Positions 27,352 to 40,070 of a stretch of 64,000 bases of DNA are shown here, piece after piece. The position numbers and the translations under genes are program-made. Where the stretch lies: NCBI RefSeq assembly GCF_009914755.1, contig NC_060947.1; one strand, given 5' to 3'. This stretch comes from the human T2T-CHM13v2.0 reference genome, Homo sapiens. The stretch's first letter is position 1, and each line of letters starts with the position of its first letter. The notes beneath the pieces were generated by a model, which searched no databases, had not been told where the DNA came from, and worked only from the letters and a program-made list of their open reading frames with translations.

Positions 27352-28160
27352 CAATAGTCCCCACTTATCTATGGGAGATATATTTCAAGAACCCTAGTGG
27401 ATGCCTGAAACCGTGGACAGTACTCAACCTATATATATGATACCTTCTCCTGGACATACACACCTGTGATAAAGTTTAATTTATAAATTGGGCACAGTAA
27501 GAAATTGACAATAATAACTTATATGGTTTGGCTGTGTCCCCACTCAAATCTCATTTTGAATTGTAGCTCCCATAATTCCTACATGTCATGGGAGAGACCT
27601 GATGGGAGGTAACTGAATCATGGGGCTGGGCTTTGCCTGTCCTGTTCTTGTGATAGTGAATGAGTCTCATGAGATCTGACGGTTTTATAAAGGGTACTTC
27701 CTCTGCACAGGCTCTCTTGCCTGCTGCCATGTGAGGTGTGCCTTTGCTTCTCCTTCATCTTCTGCCATGATTGTGAGGCCTCACCAGCTCTGCAGAACTG
27801 TGAGTCAATTAAACCTCTTTCCTTTATAAGTTACCCAGTCTCAGGTATGTCTTTATTAGCAGCGTGAGAACAGACTAATACAATAACTAATCTTATTATA
27901 TAACAAATAATAACCAATTCTTCTAATAAAAGGAAGAATTATAATAATATACTGTAATAAAAGTTAAATGTATATGGTCTCTCTCTCCTTTTCTCTCTCT
28001 CTTAAAATATCTTACTGTACTATACTCACTCTTCTTGTAATGATGTCAGATGTTACAATGCCCACGCGATTAGATGAAGTGAGGTGGATAACATAGGCAT
28101 TGTGAAGCAGTGTTAGGCTACTATTGACCTTCTGATGATATGTCAGAAAAAGGATCATCT
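27352..28160 (+). mobile_element. MER44 (Tigger7-derived, TcMar) DNA transposon; right end missing
   Basis: TIR-like CAATAGTCCCCACTTATC; CTAGTGGATGCCTGAAACCGTGGACAGTAC; continues after the THE1 up to the L1 insertion. Confidence 0.8.
27519..27882 (+). mobile_element. THE1C-like solo LTR nested in MER44
   Basis: TTATATGGTTTGGCTGTGTCCCCAC...CAGACTAATACA termini; TSD ATAAC at 27514-27518 and 27883-27887. Confidence 0.92.
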
Positions 28161-29474
28161 GGGGGGCAGGGCCAAGACGGCTGACTAGAAACAGCCGTGA
28201 TCAGAGGCTCCCATCAAAAAGAACCATAATTAGCATGTGAATCCTTCACTAGCAACCAAGGTATCCAGGTTCTTTCATCAGAACTGACTGGGCAGCTGAT
28301 GTGAACCTCGGAGAGGAAGGAAGAGCAGTGTGGTACGGCGGCCCACCTGAGAGTCACATGGGGCAGGGGAGCCCCCAACCCTCAGCCAAGGGAGGCAGTG
28401 AGTGAGTGTGCTACCAAGTTAAAGGAACTGTGCTTTTTCCACAGAACTGTGCAACCTACGGATTGGAAGATCCCATTTGCGAACCCATGCCACCAGAGCC
28501 TAGGGTCCCAACCCCAAAGCCACACAGATTCTCAACAGCCTCTCAGCTGGAGTCTGCCTAAGCCTGCCAAGCTCCCAAGGGGAGGGGTGACCAGCACCAG
28601 AGCTGCAGCTGCCTGCTGCGTAAGCCGTTTGAGCTCCTTGGGGGAAAGGCAGCTGCCAGCACTAGGACTCCTAACTGCCTAACACACTAAGTTCCCTGGG
28701 TAGGGGAAGGGTGGCATCCATCTCAATAGTTCCAGGCCATGCTTTTTCCCTGCTTCAGTGAGGGAGGCTGGATGGCTTGGTCCCCAAGAGGTGTCCCCCA
28801 CAGCCCAACATGCCAGCTGTGGCAGACTGCAGCCAGAGCACCTCTTCAGGCCTGACCCTGACATCCTTCCTCACTGGATGGGGCTCAGGAACTCTAACAA
28901 CTTTGGCCAGAGACTCAGGGACAGAACCTGGATCTCCCTGGGCTTGATCCCCTAGGGGGAGGGATGGCTGCAGTCTGTGGACCAGCAGACTTAGCTTTTC
29001 CTCCTGGTAGTTCTAAGGAATCCAGGCAGCCCAGACAAGTGGGTTTCCCCCAGGGAAGCACACCCCCTGCACAAAGGGACAGTCAAAGTGCTTCGTTAAA
29101 TGGGTACCATTCCCTGTGCCACCCAAATGGGTGAGACCTTCCAACAGGGGTTATCAATCACCCTGTACAGGAATGATCCTACTGGCATCAGGTTGGTGCT
29201 CCTCAAGATCAGAGATCCCAGAAGGAGCAGGCACCTATCTTTGTTGTTCTCCAGCCTCCTTGAGTGACATCTCCAGGCATGGGAGTGAACCAGATGAATA
29301 GGGCCTGAAGTGAAACCCCAACAAACTGCAGCAGTCCTACAGAACAGGAACTTGACCATTGAAAGAAAAAAACAGAAAGCAACAGCAACAGCATCAACAA
29401 CAAAAAAAGTCCCCACAAAAACCCCATCCAAGGATCAGCAGCCTCAAAGATCGAAACTAGACAAACTCACAAAG

Positions 29475-30490
29475 ATGAGAAAGAATCAACAAAAAAATGC
29501 TGAAAACTCAAAAGGCCAGAGCACCTCTTCTCCCTCAAATGATCACAATGCCTCTCCGGCAAGTGTGCAGAACTGGACAGAGGATGAGATGGACAAAGTG
29601 ACAGAAGTAGGCTTCAGAAGATGGGTAATAAAAAATCCACCGAGCTAAAGGAGCATGTTCTAACCCAATGCAAAGAAGCTAAGAATGTTGATAAAATATT
29701 AGAGGAGCTGCTAACTAGAATAACCAGTTTAGACAGGAACATAAATGACCTGATGGAGCTAAAAAACACAGCATGAGAACTTTGTGAAGCATACACAAAT
29801 ATCAATAGCTGAATTGACCAAGCGGAAGAAAGGATATCAGAGTTTGAAGACCTCCTTGCTGAAAAAAGGCATGCAGACAAGATTAGAGAAAAAAGAATGA
29901 AAAGGAAGAAGCAAAGCCTTCAAGAAATATGGGACTTCATAAAAAGACCAAACCTATGATTGATTGAAGTACCTGAAGGAGATGGGGAGAATGGAAACAA
30001 GCTGGAAAACACACTTCAAGATATTATCCAGGAGAACTTCCCCAGACAAGCCAACATGCAAATTCAAGAAATACAGAAAACACCACTAAGATAGTCCATA
30101 AGAAGATCAACCCCAAGACATATAATCATCAGATTCTCCAAGGTCAAAATGAAGGAAAAAAATGTCAAGGGCAGCCAGAGAGAAAGGCCAGGTTACCTAC
30201 AAAGGGAAGCCCATCAGACTAACAGTGGACCTCTCAGCAGAAACTCTACAAGCCAGAAGAGATTGGGGGCCAATATTCAAAATTATTAAAGAAAAGAATT
30301 TTCAATCCAGAATATCATATCCAGCCAAACTAAGCTTCATAAGAAAAGGAGAAGTAAAATCCTTTCAAGACAAGCAAATGCTGAGGGATTTCGTTACCAC
30401 CAGGCCTACCTTGCAAGAGCTCCTGAAAGAAGCACTAAATATGGAAAGGAAAAACTGGTACCAGCCACTGCAAAAACATATCAAAATACA
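29475..30490 (+). pseudogene. L1 ORF1p remnant (frameshifts and stops)
   Basis: MRKNQQKNAENSKGQSTSSPSND... (ORF 29310-29648) and RAAREKGQVTYKGKPIRLTVDLSAETLQARRDWGPIF...YPAKLSF (ORF 30162-30509). Confidence 0.9.
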
Positions 30491-30551
30491 AAAACCAATG
30501 ACGCTATGAAGAAACTGCATCAACTAGCATGCAAAATAACCAGATAGTGTC

Positions 30552-32012
30552 ATGATAACAGGATCAAATTCACACATAACAATACTACTTTAAATGTAAA
30601 CGGGCTAAATGCCCCAATTAAAAGACACAGACTGGCAAATTGGATAAAGAGTCAAGACCCATCAGTGTGCTGTATTCAGGAGACCCAGCTCACATGCAAA
30701 GACATACACAGGCTCAAAATAAAGGGATGGAGAAAAATTTACCAAGCAAATGGAAAGGAAAAAAAAAACAGGGGTTGCAATCCTAGTCTCTGACAAAACA
30801 AACTTTAAACCAACAAAGATAAAAAAAGACAAAGAAGATCATTACATAATGGTAAAGGGAACAATTCAACAAGAAGAGCTAACTATTATAAATATATATG
30901 TACCCAAGACAGGAGCACCATGATTCATAAAACAAGTTCTTAGAGATCTATAAAGAAACTTAGACTCCCACACAATAATAGTGGGATACTTTAACACTCC
31001 ATTCTCAATATTAGACAGATCAATGAGACAGAAAATTAACAAGGATATTCAGGTCGTGAACTCAGCTCTGGATCAAGTAGACCTAACAGACATGTACAGA
31101 ACTCTCCACCCCAAATCAACAGAATATACATTCTTCTCAGTGCCACATGGCACTTATTCTAAAATCGACCACATAACTGGAAGTAAAACACTCCTCAGCA
31201 AATGCAAAAGAACAGAAATCATAACAAATAATCTCTCAGACCACAGTGCAATCAAATTAGAACTCAGGATTAAGAAGCTCACTCAAAACCACACAATTAC
31301 ATGGAAATTGAACAACCTGCTCCTGAATGACTCCTAGGTAAATAATGAAATTAAGGTAGAAATCAAGAAGTTCTTTTAAACCAATGAAAACAAAGAGACA
31401 ACATACCAGAATATCTGGAACACAGCTAAAGCACGTTAAGAGGGAAATTTGTAGCACTAAATGCCCACATTGGAAAGCTAGAAAGATCTCAAATCGACAC
31501 CCTAACATCACAATTAAAAGAGGTAGAGAGGCAAGAGCAAACTAATCCAAAAGCTATCAGAAGACAAGAAATAACCAAGATTAGAGCAGAATTGAAGAAG
31601 ATAGAGACACAAAAAATGCTACAAAAAATCAATTAATCCAGGAGCTAATTTTTTGAAAAAATTAACAAAATAGACCACTAGCTAGACTAATAAAGAAGAA
31701 AAGAGAAAAGAATCAAATAGACACAATAAAAAATGATAAATGGTATATTACCACTGACCCCACAGAAATACAAACTACCATCAGAGAATACCGTAAACAC
31801 CTATATGCAAATAAACCAGAAAACTTAGAAGAAATGGATAAATTTCTGGACACATACACCCTCCCAAGACTAAACCAGGAAGAAGTAGAATCCCTGAATA
31901 GATCAATAGCAAGTTCTGAAATTGAGGCAGCAATTAATAGCCTACTAACCTAAAAAAGCCCAGGACCAGATAGATTCACAGCTGAATTCTACCAGAGGTA
32001 AAAAGAGGAGCT
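30552..32012 (+). pseudogene. L1 ORF2p remnant (APE endonuclease and linker; disrupted, RT missing)
   Basis: ATGATAACAGGATCAAATTCACAC (TGSNSHITIL); ORF 30981-31337 has FNTP, YTFFS, YSKIDH and SDHSAIKLEL endonuclease motifs. Confidence 0.9.
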
Positions 32013-32019
32013 TTTTACA

Positions 32020-32728
32020 ACAACAACAACAACAGAAATTTATTGCTTCACAGTTTTGTTTGCTGGAAGTCCCAGATCAACATATTGGCAGGGCTGGTTC
32101 CTCCCGAGGCCTCTCTTTTTGGCTTGTAGATGCAGTGTTCTCCCTGTGTCCTTATGTGATCGTTCTTCTGTCTCTGTGTCTAATCTCCTCTTATGAGGAC
32201 ACCACTCCAGTTGGATTAGGATATAGTTTGGCTGTGTCCCCACCCAAATCTCATCTTGAATTGTAGCTCCCATAATTGCCATGTGTTGTGGAAGGGACAC
32301 AGTGGGAGGTAATTGAATCATGGGGGTGGGATTTTCCCATGCTGTTTTCACTGTAGTGAATAAGTCTTATGAGATATTATGGTTTTATAAAGGGCAGTTC
32401 CCCTGCACAGGCTCTCTTGCCTGCCACCATGTAAGATGTGACTTTGCTCCTCCTTCACCTTCTACCATGATTGTGAGGCCTTTCCAGCCATGTGGAACTG
32501 AGAGTCCATTAAAGCTCTTTTTCTTTGTAAATTACCCGGTCTCAGGTATTTCTTCATAGCAGTGTGAAATAGGACTAATACACATTAGGGCATACCCTAG
32601 TGACTTCAATTTACCTTAATCACCTCTTTAATTAAAGGCCCTGTCTCCAAACACAGTCACATTCTGGGGTCCTGGAGGCTAAGACTTCAAGATATGAATG
32701 GAGACAGGGAACCATTAAGTCCATAACA
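32020..32728 (-). mobile_element. MLT1A/B-like LTR, interrupted by THE1
   Basis: AACAACAGAAATTTATTGCTTCACAGTT...CTAATCTCCTCTTATGAGGACACC...GGATTAGG / ...AAGGCCCTGTCTCCAAACACAGTCACATTCTG...CCATAACA. Confidence 0.8.
32219..32582 (+). mobile_element. THE1C/D-like solo LTR
   Basis: GGATATAGTTTGGCTGTGTCCCCACCCAAATCTCATCTTGAATTGTA...GGACTAATACA; TSD GATTA/CATTA. Confidence 0.92.
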
Positions 32729-32739
32729 CATTTACTCCA

Positions 32740-32742
<3 letters not shown>

Positions 32743-32780
<38 letters not shown>
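32743..32780 (+). repeat. Pure A38 mononucleotide run
   Basis: 38 uninterrupted A residues preceded by TT. Confidence 0.95.
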
Positions 32781-32781
<1 letters not shown>

Positions 32782-32964
32782 AGGGCAAATCATTGAAAAC
32801 TTTTAGAGGAATTCTGCGAGCACATGTATCTAGCTTTTATGCTTAGTTGGTTTCTATATTATTGTCTTTGGCAAGCTGATGCTAAATGAAACCACTTATA
32901 TATCCCATTTCCCAATATTTATATCACGTTAGTCAATTTTGTTGTTGACTTCGTAGATAATGTT

Positions 32965-33070
32965 TTCATTGTATGTGTGTACCACCATTTTCCTTATCCA
33001 TTCATCTGTTGATGAACACATAGCTTAATTCCATGTCTTTGCTATTGTGAATAGTGCTGTGATAAACATA
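32965..33070 (-). mobile_element. L1 3' fragment
   Basis: TTATCCATTCATCTGTTGATGAACAC...TTGCTATTGTGAATAGTGCTGTGATAAACATA. Confidence 0.75.
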
Positions 33071-33124
33071 CTTTTCATATTCCTGTTATTCTATACAGGA
33101 TTCCAAAGAGTTGGCATGGATGAG

Positions 33125-33494
33125 TGATATGGTTAAGCTTGTTTCCCCACCCAAATCTCATCTGGAATTGTAATCCCATAATCCCTATAATCCCCATGTG
33201 TCAAGGGAGATGCCACGTGGAAGTAATGGAATTATGGGGTCGGTTTCCCCAATGCTGTTCTCATGATAGTGAGTGAGTTCTCACAAGATATGATGGTTTT
33301 ATAAGGGGTTTCCCCCTTTGCTCAGCACTCATTCCCTGTCCTATTGCCCTGTGAAGAAGGTGCCTCCTGCTATGACTGTAAGTTTCCTGAGGCCTCTGCA
33401 GCCATGCTGAACTATGAGTCAAAAAACCTGTTTCCTTTAGAAATTATCCAGTCTCAGGCAACTCTTTATAGCAGTATGAAAACAGACTAATACA
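33125..33494 (+). mobile_element. THE1D/MSTA-like solo LTR
   Basis: TGATATGGTT...CCCCACCCAAATCTCATCTGGAATTGTAATCCC...CAGACTAATACA; TSD ATGAG/ATGGG. Confidence 0.88.
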
Positions 33495-36400
33495 ATGGGG
33501 GAGTCAGGCCGACCGCCTGGAAAACCAACTGAGCCAGTGTGAAGCTGTGTAATTCCAGTCAAGGCATTTTGCATCTCTGAGCTAGAGTCCCTTCATGCAG
33601 AATGTGGCAAAATTAACATCCACAGATAAGGGTAAGGTTTCCATGGCAAGTTAGGTATTTAACAATAGTGACCATTAATACAACAGCCTCACGTAAAACA
33701 CTTCATTAAACACAGTCTTAAGGAATCTATAAATTCGAAAGCAAGATCCTTTCTGTGTTGTCTTTGATAGAAGTTGAAACACTTAAGAGAACATTGGACA
33801 GCCACACCCACAGTTAAATTACTAAAACCAATGCCGCTAATTTTTCTAGGGTACTGGGTGACATCTTAACTGCTTCCTTCACTCAAGATGGCTCCATTCT
33901 CTGCTGGAACCACTGTCAATCTTCTATATATAATAAAATTTTACTGCCTTAAAGTCTTAAAGTTTTTTTAAGGCAGCTGCTTTCCTTGACATGTCTTTTT
34001 AACAAATGATTATGATCAGAGCCCATGTAATTCTGTCACTGTTTTCAAAGAAGAAAGTTTAATCTAATAACTTCCTATTAAATTTTTAGTTCTTGCAGGA
34101 GCACGTTTGAAGGATATTCAAGGTAAACCATTTCACATCAGAATTCCACTGCTGGGTACCATCATCCTTCCTAATGAAAATTTATTTCAGGCTAATAACA
34201 AATTCTGTCCTTTGTCATGGTGTTGGGGATTTTTGCCCATGAGTTTTTTGATATGCTAAGTTTATAACGGATAGTTTATGCTTGCCTAACTTATTTTCCA
34301 TTTAGAAATGAATGATGAATAGATAAAGCCCTAAAGAAGAAAAATTGGATTTTAAATTACTCAGTTGTTTTATTATCTATATATAAAAATAAAAATCAAC
34401 CATGGAATAATTTAGAATGGGAGCTCAACTAGACAGGCATTAGGTCTATCACAGATGAAAATTAGAAACCCACTCTTTAACTGGACATCTCTTTGCCGTC
34501 TTGCTCCGTCCTCACTGGGTAAATTTAGGCTTACCAAGTCAGTAGATGTGAGAGAGCTCAATCCTTGACAGGAGTTTGAAATTCACATTCCTTTGGGGTC
34601 AGAAATAAAAACATGGGGAGGGGTAGGGGGTGTAGGATACTAATGGGTTTGTGTTCAGCTTAGGGTATTTATAGGTTGAACATTTTAAAAAGTCCACATG
34701 CGTGACAAACAATATGGATTTGTGAACTTATACAGGTCTATATTTCTTTTTCTTTTGTCCCAGATCCAACCTCTCCTTGTATTAGTCTTCCTATGTCTCA
34801 GTTGAAAGTTTCCCTAAGATGTCAGTGATGGAACACTGAATAGCTTGTGCATGGGTTTTGCTTGAAAGAGGGGCCAGTCTCATTTTTAGTGACCATGAGA
34901 AAGGTGAAATATAGTAGTTATTTGGTACAATCAAGTCAGCAGAGGTGGGGCGGTGCATACAGTGACCAATAAATGACATTTTGGTCCATTTTCCTCCTTG
35001 CCACCCTCTGCTCTCCCTCGAGAGTTTCCAGAGCAATATTTGGGAATCTTATGCCTCCCTGTCCTTAAGGATTCTCTCTCTTCCTCCATTGAATCCCTGT
35101 TTGGGTCTCCGCTCAATGGAAATACTCTCTGGCTCATTGCATCCTATCTTGTCAACATTTCCATTTTCTTTACATAAAAACAAACATATAAAACAACAAA
35201 CCCCCATTGGTGATAGCAATGATTTAAGAGAGGGGACATTTTAAACACATTGTGTCAACTACACATGTAAAGACATTGAGCATGATGAATGAAAACTAGA
35301 TTTCCCTATGGAGGAGCTAAGGATGCTCTCTCTGGTGTCTCTCTTGGCATTAGGTTTTGCCTACTGTTGCCTGCCCACATGCCCTGGTCTCATCTCCATC
35401 CCCTGTACCTTCAGGTCTGACGGCATTGATGTGAAGTCAGAGTACAATATGCCTAGCAGAGCAGGAACAAACTCAGAAACAATGGAATGCAATCATTTTT
35501 GCAAACACATGCATAGCTAGGAAGGTCATGGTTGTTCCTACAGGAATTTGCACTACCTTCTATACAATGGAGATTAGAATGAGAGGAGGGGACATTGTCC
35601 TTTCTTTTCCTGGCCTGATCACTATAGGGCCATGCCTTGGCAATATCTCACTTTTTATGCCAAGGAACTGTGCAAGATCCATTGAGCAATGGATGTGCAC
35701 TCGAGCCAGAAACTCTGTGTGACAACTCTAAGTATCTATTGATGTTCTTTCTCATAGCAGGTAGTCATAGTGCCAACCCATATCTCCATGGTATATACAG
35801 ACTTGGTTTCCTTGCTACCACAAGCTTATAAGGGTATGTTTTTTGCTTTTTGTTTTTGTTGCAGCTGTGCTTCTGCGAATATCTTTCTTTAAATTTCCAT
35901 TGCCATGAATCTTGGCCTGATCAGTACTTATTTCAATGGATTCCTCTCTGCACCACATTGTGTAGACATTCCTAATGTGATACTGCTCGTAATGTTATTA
36001 CATTTTCCCCCAAATGCTGATAAAGATAGCTTCCTATTTTCATATTTATGCGACTACATTTGAAAGAATTTGGAAGGCAGTGGGATTGAATAAAAATTAA
36101 ATGATTTTAAAGTCGGCGAACACTCATTATAATAGAAAAACCACTATATAAATGCGCATTATAAGTAGTTTTGCAAACAGTAATTGTTCTGCTAATGGAT
36201 ATATTGGAAATTGTTCATCAATTGAACAAAATGATCATTTAATCATGTGATATAATTTGGCACCATTTTTATTTTGAAAAGGTATTTTCTTATGACTCAA
36301 GCAGCAGTTTCTATGAGTTCTAAACTATATTTCTCTGTGATCCAATAAAGCATGGTTTCTGACACATTCTTCAAAGAGAATCTTGAATTTGTGGGCACTG

Positions 36401-36703
36401 ACAAATAGAATTCTGCTTCAATGCTGACCTAGTTTGGGTCAAAATGATTTATTTCCCTGTAGAGTTGTTTAAAGGCTATGAAAAGATAAGGTACTGAGGA
36501 AAGGAAGTTTGCCTTTAAGAAGTCATTACAAAATTTATAGATGCATATAATTATAGAACTCGAACTGACCTTAAAGTCAGTGTAGTCTCATCCCATCATT
36601 TTTAAAATAAGAAAAAATGAAAAAAGGACTTTTAGTGGTTCTTACTATTTTGAGGATCACAGAGCATTGGAGCATCTAATTAGAAGTATGAAGACTTAGA
36701 ATA

Positions 36704-36827
36704 ACTTGAGCCCAGGAGTTCGAGGCTGCAGTGAGCCAAGATCGTGCCACGGCAATCTAGCCCAGGAAAGAAAGTGAGAACTTTTCTCAAAATAACAATA
36801 ATAATAATAGTAATAATAATAATAATA
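36704..36827 (+). mobile_element. Alu right-arm 3' fragment with (AAT)n tail
   Basis: ACTTGAGCCCAGGAGTTCGAGGCTGCAGTGAGCCAAGATCGTGCCAC followed by (AAT)n. Confidence 0.8.
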
Positions 36828-37044
36828 GGCCTCTCTCTGGAGCAATGCATGTATGCACAACTCTCCATGGGATTTTTGCGTCTTACTATAGAATTTTATC
36901 ACACTGAACTTTTAGTTGAGAACCTCCGGTATCATCAGATATTCCAGACAAATTTCTTTAATTGGGCTTAAAAGCATGCATTTCAGGATGGAGAACAATG
37001 GTTTAGGCCTTCGTCCCTAGAATTCCCTTTAAAACACAACTTTC

Positions 37045-37355
37045 AGCTGGGCTCAGTGGCCAGAGTAATTTCAGCACTTTGGGAGGCCGAGGCTGGCAGA
37101 TGGCTTGAGCCCAGGAGTTGGGCACCAGGTTAGACAATATGGGGATAACCCATCTCTACCAAAAATACAAAAATTAGCCAGACGTGGTGGCACATGCCTA
37201 TGGTCCCAGCTGCTGGGGAGGCTGAGGTGGGAAGATCACTTGAGCCTGAGAGGTCGAGGCTGCAGTGAGCCATGATTGCACCCATTGCAGTCCAGCCTGG
37301 GTGACAAAGAGAGACTGTGTCACAAAATAAATAAATAAATAAAATAGAAATAAAA
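37045..37355 (+). mobile_element. AluJb-like
   Basis: Dimeric Alu with GAGGTCGAGGCTGCAGTGAGCCATGATTGCA; (AAAT)n tail. Confidence 0.9.
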
Positions 37356-37489
37356 GCATGAAACAAAACTACCAGTCTCTATCTCAAAATATTAACACTT
37401 GTATCCCAACAGATTGTCCACTTTCAAATAACAGTTTAAAATATATAATTAGTGTTACATTGGAATTACCCATAAGTCCTGTTTTCTTC

Positions 37490-37728
37490 ATTTCTTATTT
37501 CTTCTTTTCTCTTTCTCTCTTTTCTTTCTTTCTTTTTTCTTTCTCTCTTTCTTTCTTTCTCTTTCTTCTTTCTTTCTCTTTTCTTTTTTCTCTCTTTCTT
37601 TCTCTTCTTCTTCTTCTCCTTCTCCTTCTCCTTCCCCTTCCCCTCTCCTCCTCCTCCTCCTCCTCTCCTCCTCCTCCTTCTTCTTCCTCTTCTTCTCCTT
37701 TTCCTTCTCCTGTTTCTTCATTTTCTTT
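37490..37728. repeat. Polypyrimidine (CT/CTT/CCT) low-complexity tract
   Basis: About 240 bp almost exclusively C and T on the + strand. Confidence 0.9.
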
Positions 37729-39264
37729 ATACTCTTATGTTTCTATTATGGGTATTTGTCAACAAGAATGGGAAAATAAATGAACCCTATTTCATCCACA
37801 AGACGATCACCATCTCCTGCAGAACAGGTAGTATTAATATTTCAGTGAATAAACTCTTTCCTGTTCCATGCTGCTCTGTGTTCAGTTTCCACTTCTTAGA
37901 TCTGAATACCATTAGTAGGAGTCTCAATATGCTTAAGGATATCCTCATGGTCTTCAAGAAAGTGAAAATAAAAATATTGCTAATTGATGCTTAACTTTCA
38001 TCATTTTGAAATGCACATCTCATTGTGGACAAAACTCACTGTCTGCCCCTGCTGTCACTTCCCACCCAAAGCAAAGGAACTTTACAATCCAAGTGCTTAA
38101 ATCCCCATAATAATATTCACATGTTGCCTAATACTATAAGAAAGAGAATATGAAGTGTTAACAGAAAGATACATTGACAGGTTTGTAGGACTTTTGTTGC
38201 CTTTAGATGTTATTTATTTATAGATGTTTATATCTTAGAAAATCAAATCTAAGTGTAAACTAGCAAAACAAAGTGAGTCACCTCTAATTTTGGAAAAAAA
38301 TACATTCTCAGAATATATGGCTATACATAATGAAATATCATATAATAGTAAATATTATATTAATATCAATAATTTCCTTGCAACCTTAAAAAACTCCAAC
38401 ATGGTCTTCATTTCTATGAAATCTGTTTTCAAATTTTTGCTGAAAAAGTAATATACGTTGTATGGTGGTTTTAAACTTTAATTTTGGGTGCTGAATAAAG
38501 CAGTTTCATGGAATTTGTACAAACCACCTGGTAGAAAATAATTACACCCACTTAAGATGAAACCAGGAATGCTTTTCTTTTTGCATAATTTGCACCAAAG
38601 AAAGAGCCCTGCCAAGAACTGAAGGTATTTATCCCATAGATGGGCAAACACAAAAACCAAATATTCAGATTCCAAGGTGATGTTGACCAAGAGTTATGGT
38701 TGTATTAGGAGTTATGAAATGACTGAAGGCACTTACTGCTCTGTTATCTGTATCATTAAGGAATACCTGTTGGTGAAATTGGAGACAAGTGCTTCAAAAA
38801 AGTCATTTCTACTATTTTTTGGAAGAAGACAATCATAAAACAAAATATGCATGACTGTTTCAAATCCCAGCCTACATGACCTAAGCCTGACTTCCTTGAG
38901 TAGAATCACTTTCAAATATGTTGAGTCAGAAACTACTAAGGGAAATGGAAATGATTCCATAAACAGTCTAGCAAGATCTGCGAGACCGCCAAAGGGTGGC
39001 CGGTAGGAGAAAACAAGACAAAGATGTGAGAGGAATTGGACTCTCTGACGTTGTTAGTTCCAATGCATGAGAAATAAATGGAAACAAAACCAATGGGGTC
39101 TTCCTAACTCCAAATTTTTATATGTTAAGTTTTATAACATCATGACTCCTTGAATGGAGTTATCTTTAAGTTATCTTGGCATATCAGAAGTTTGAATATC
39201 TACAAAAACACTCTAGTCACCACAAAACTTAAGTGAGTACTTTTTAAAGAAATATTTAACTCAG

Positions 39265-39576
39265 GGCGGGGTGCGGTGGCTCACGCCTGTAATCCCAACA
39301 CTTTGGGAGGTTGAGGCGGGCAGATCACCTGAGGTCAGGAGTTCAAAACCAGTCTAGCCAGCATGGTGAAACCCCATCTCTACTAAAAAAACACAAAAAT
39401 TAGCTGGCATGGTGATGCACGCCTGTAGTCCCAGTTACTTGAGAGGCTAAGGCACGAGAACCACTTGAACATGGGAGGCGGAGTTTGCAGTAAGCCAAGA
39501 CCTCACCACTGCACTCCAGTCTGGGCAGCAGAGTGAGACACCATCTCAAAAACAAACAAACAAACAAACAAACAAA
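39265..39576 (+). mobile_element. AluSx-like with (AAAC)n tail
   Basis: GGTGGCTCACGCCTGTAATCCC...GATCACCTGAGGTCAGGAGTTC...; tail AAAACAAACAAAC. Confidence 0.92.
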
Positions 39577-39804
39577 TTACATCTGACAGTTCATCATTGT
39601 CAAAATAAAATTAATTTCCTTTTATGTGTTAACATTTAAGATGATTTTAAACTTTTTTTCTTACTCAATTCTAATCTATTTTATTTAGTTATGATTACAA
39701 CCACATTAGATTGTAAAGCTGTCAATCAAAAGTGTTTTGTATCTTATACTTTTTGGTAAGCTTTTTGTGAACTTGCTTGGAAAACATACCATTCTTAATA
39801 ATAT

Positions 39805-40070
39805 TGTGTTGCGGAAATAAATATTTTCTTCTACGCAAATGACTCTGAGTTGGACCTCAGGGGCGTTGCACATGAACATTCATAAGCTAGTACCCTACCA
39901 GGCTCCTGAGTGATGCCTCAAGCATGCAGCCAGACTGTGAGCTATCTCAGGCTGTACATGACACCAGGGCTCCAGATCGACCTATCTATAACTACTTGAC
40001 ACTTTCCCCGTGCATATCCACCATATCACACATTCTTCAATAAATCAGCAGAATACACGAATCTTGCATG
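39805..40070 (+). mobile_element. Possible degraded ERVL-type LTR fragment
   Basis: TG start, TATA-like CTATAA and AATAAA at about 40038, retained CpGs; family not recognised with certainty. Confidence 0.3.

Larger units (their letters stand above)
28161..32012 (+). mobile_element. L1P (roughly L1PA8A-L1PA13 age) with complete 5' UTR, ORF1 and ORF2 endonuclease region; 3' half absent
   Basis: Starts GGGGGGCAGGGCCAAGACGGCTGACTAGAA; ORF1 and ORF2 homology; ends GAATTCTACCAGAGGTAAAAAGAGGAGCT at the start of the RT region. Confidence 0.93.

Noticed and set aside
37760-37835. Donor-like CAG|GTAGTA downstream of the long pyrimidine tract, suggesting an exon
   Set aside because: Weak donor, no clear acceptor pairing and no recognisable coding homology.
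38984-39003. CTCF-like CCGCCAAAGGGTGGCCGG in a small CpG patch
   Set aside because: Mismatch at the core AG position; cannot be supported without a PWM score or ChIP data.
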